DNA from: a virus
Length of the DNA stretch: 64,000 bases
IMG/VR virus record: IMGVR_UViG_3300045988_106448
Reading direction: 5' to 3' (one strand)
Every line of letters begins with the position of its first letter. The first letter of the stretch is position 1. The position numbers and the translations under genes were made by a program. A model generated the notes under the pieces. The model worked only from the letters and a program-made list of their open reading frames with translations, ran no database searches and was not told the DNA's origin. This document shows positions 63,492-64,000 of the stretch, piece by piece.

Positions 63492-64000
63492 ACCTATGAA
63501 CTCAGCCCGGCTTAAACCCTTCAAAGCGTGGATGCTCACCTTTGAATGGCTCACGATAGTGGTCGTGGTTATTATTCTTACGATGATCGCTCGATCGTGT
63601 GAGGAAGAACACATGGAATCATTATTTGCCGAATACGATGCCCCGGTAATAAATACTGATAGCCTGTCTTTGGCTGATAGCGTGTACACGTGTATTTTCT
63701 TGCTTAGGATAGAACACCCTGACATCGTGATGGCACAATGTATAGAAGAAAGCGGAGGATTTACTTCCCTACTGTTTAAAGAGGGAAACAACTGTACCGG
63801 AATGCGTGTACCCGCTCAACGCCCAACGTTAGCAACCGGAGCACTATACAATCATGCCCGTTTTGCCTCGTGGCGGGAATGCCTAGCCGATTACGCTATT
63901 TGGCAAAGCATTTATGCCCGTGGGCTAACAAGGGAGGATTATCTGGCTTATTTAGACCGTGTTTACGCCGAGAAGAAAGGGTATAGCGAAAGACTGAAGA
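63475..64000 (+). CDS. peptidoglycan hydrolase with glucosaminidase (FlgJ-like) domain and N-terminal signal-anchor, 3'-truncated by window edge
   Basis: Not in the ORF track because it runs off the end. N-terminal TM segment WLTIVVVVIILTMIA. The catalytic region has AQCIEESGGFTSLLFKEGNNCTGMRV, matching the Glucosaminidase motif Q.ALESGWG.S.L....NN.FGIK. Confidence 0.55.
   Translation, partial: MTSKIEPMNSARLKPFKAWMLTFEWLTIVVVVIILTMIARSCEEEHMESLFAEYDAPVINTDSLSLADSVYTCIFLLRIEHPDIVMAQCIEESGGFTSLLFKEGNNCTGMRVPAQRPTLATGALYNHARFASWRECLADYAIWQSIYARGLTREDYLAYLDRVYAEKKGYSERLK

Overview
This 64 kb window reads as a contiguous piece of a large, virulent-type dsDNA phage genome. The host is almost certainly a Bacteroidetes: the tail fibres end in BACON-like domains and carry Listeria-Bacteroides (InlB B) repeats, many genes are preceded by the Bacteroidetes -7 promoter motif TAnnTTTG, and Shine-Dalgarno sequences are absent (starts sit in an A-rich AAAGATTATG context). 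Genes are densely packed and translationally coupled, mostly on the + strand. In order, the window holds: (1) a baseplate and tail-fibre block (baseplate J-like protein and two large fibre proteins) with a holin / putative peptidoglycan hydrolase / spanin-like cassette embedded in it. (2) An HNH endonuclease, a DnaQ-like exonuclease, and a terminase large subunit whose Walker A motif is interrupted by a 144-aa mini-intein. (3) A large replication and recombination module: DnaB-like helicase, primase, DnaE-type Pol III alpha, SSB-like protein, SbcD, RecA, SbcC, RuvC-like resolvase, NAD-dependent ligase, SNF2 helicase, RNase H and a UvrD-like helicase. (4) A nucleotide-metabolism cluster: a dUTPase split by a putative group I intron carrying an HNH homing endonuclease, a free-standing GIY-YIG endonuclease, two P-loop kinases, a thymidylate-synthase-fold enzyme, an HD 5'-deoxynucleotidase, a large orphan ORF and a ribonucleotide reductase. 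I read this cluster as a candidate thymidine hypermodification pathway. (5) A GroEL chaperonin with no GroES, a minus-strand Dps moron, and an ECF-like sigma factor. (6) A ~1.9 kb ORF-free region whose halves mirror each other in strand composition (G-rich, then C-rich), with iteron-like repeats and palindromes. It is a candidate origin, genome terminus or large ncRNA locus. (7) An early-gene-like block of small ORFs that includes a tandem array of six paralogous small two-TM proteins, and a partial glucosaminidase-type endolysin at the 3' edge. I found no tRNA, rRNA or CRISPR array. One C5-cytosine methyltransferase is interrupted by a frameshift.
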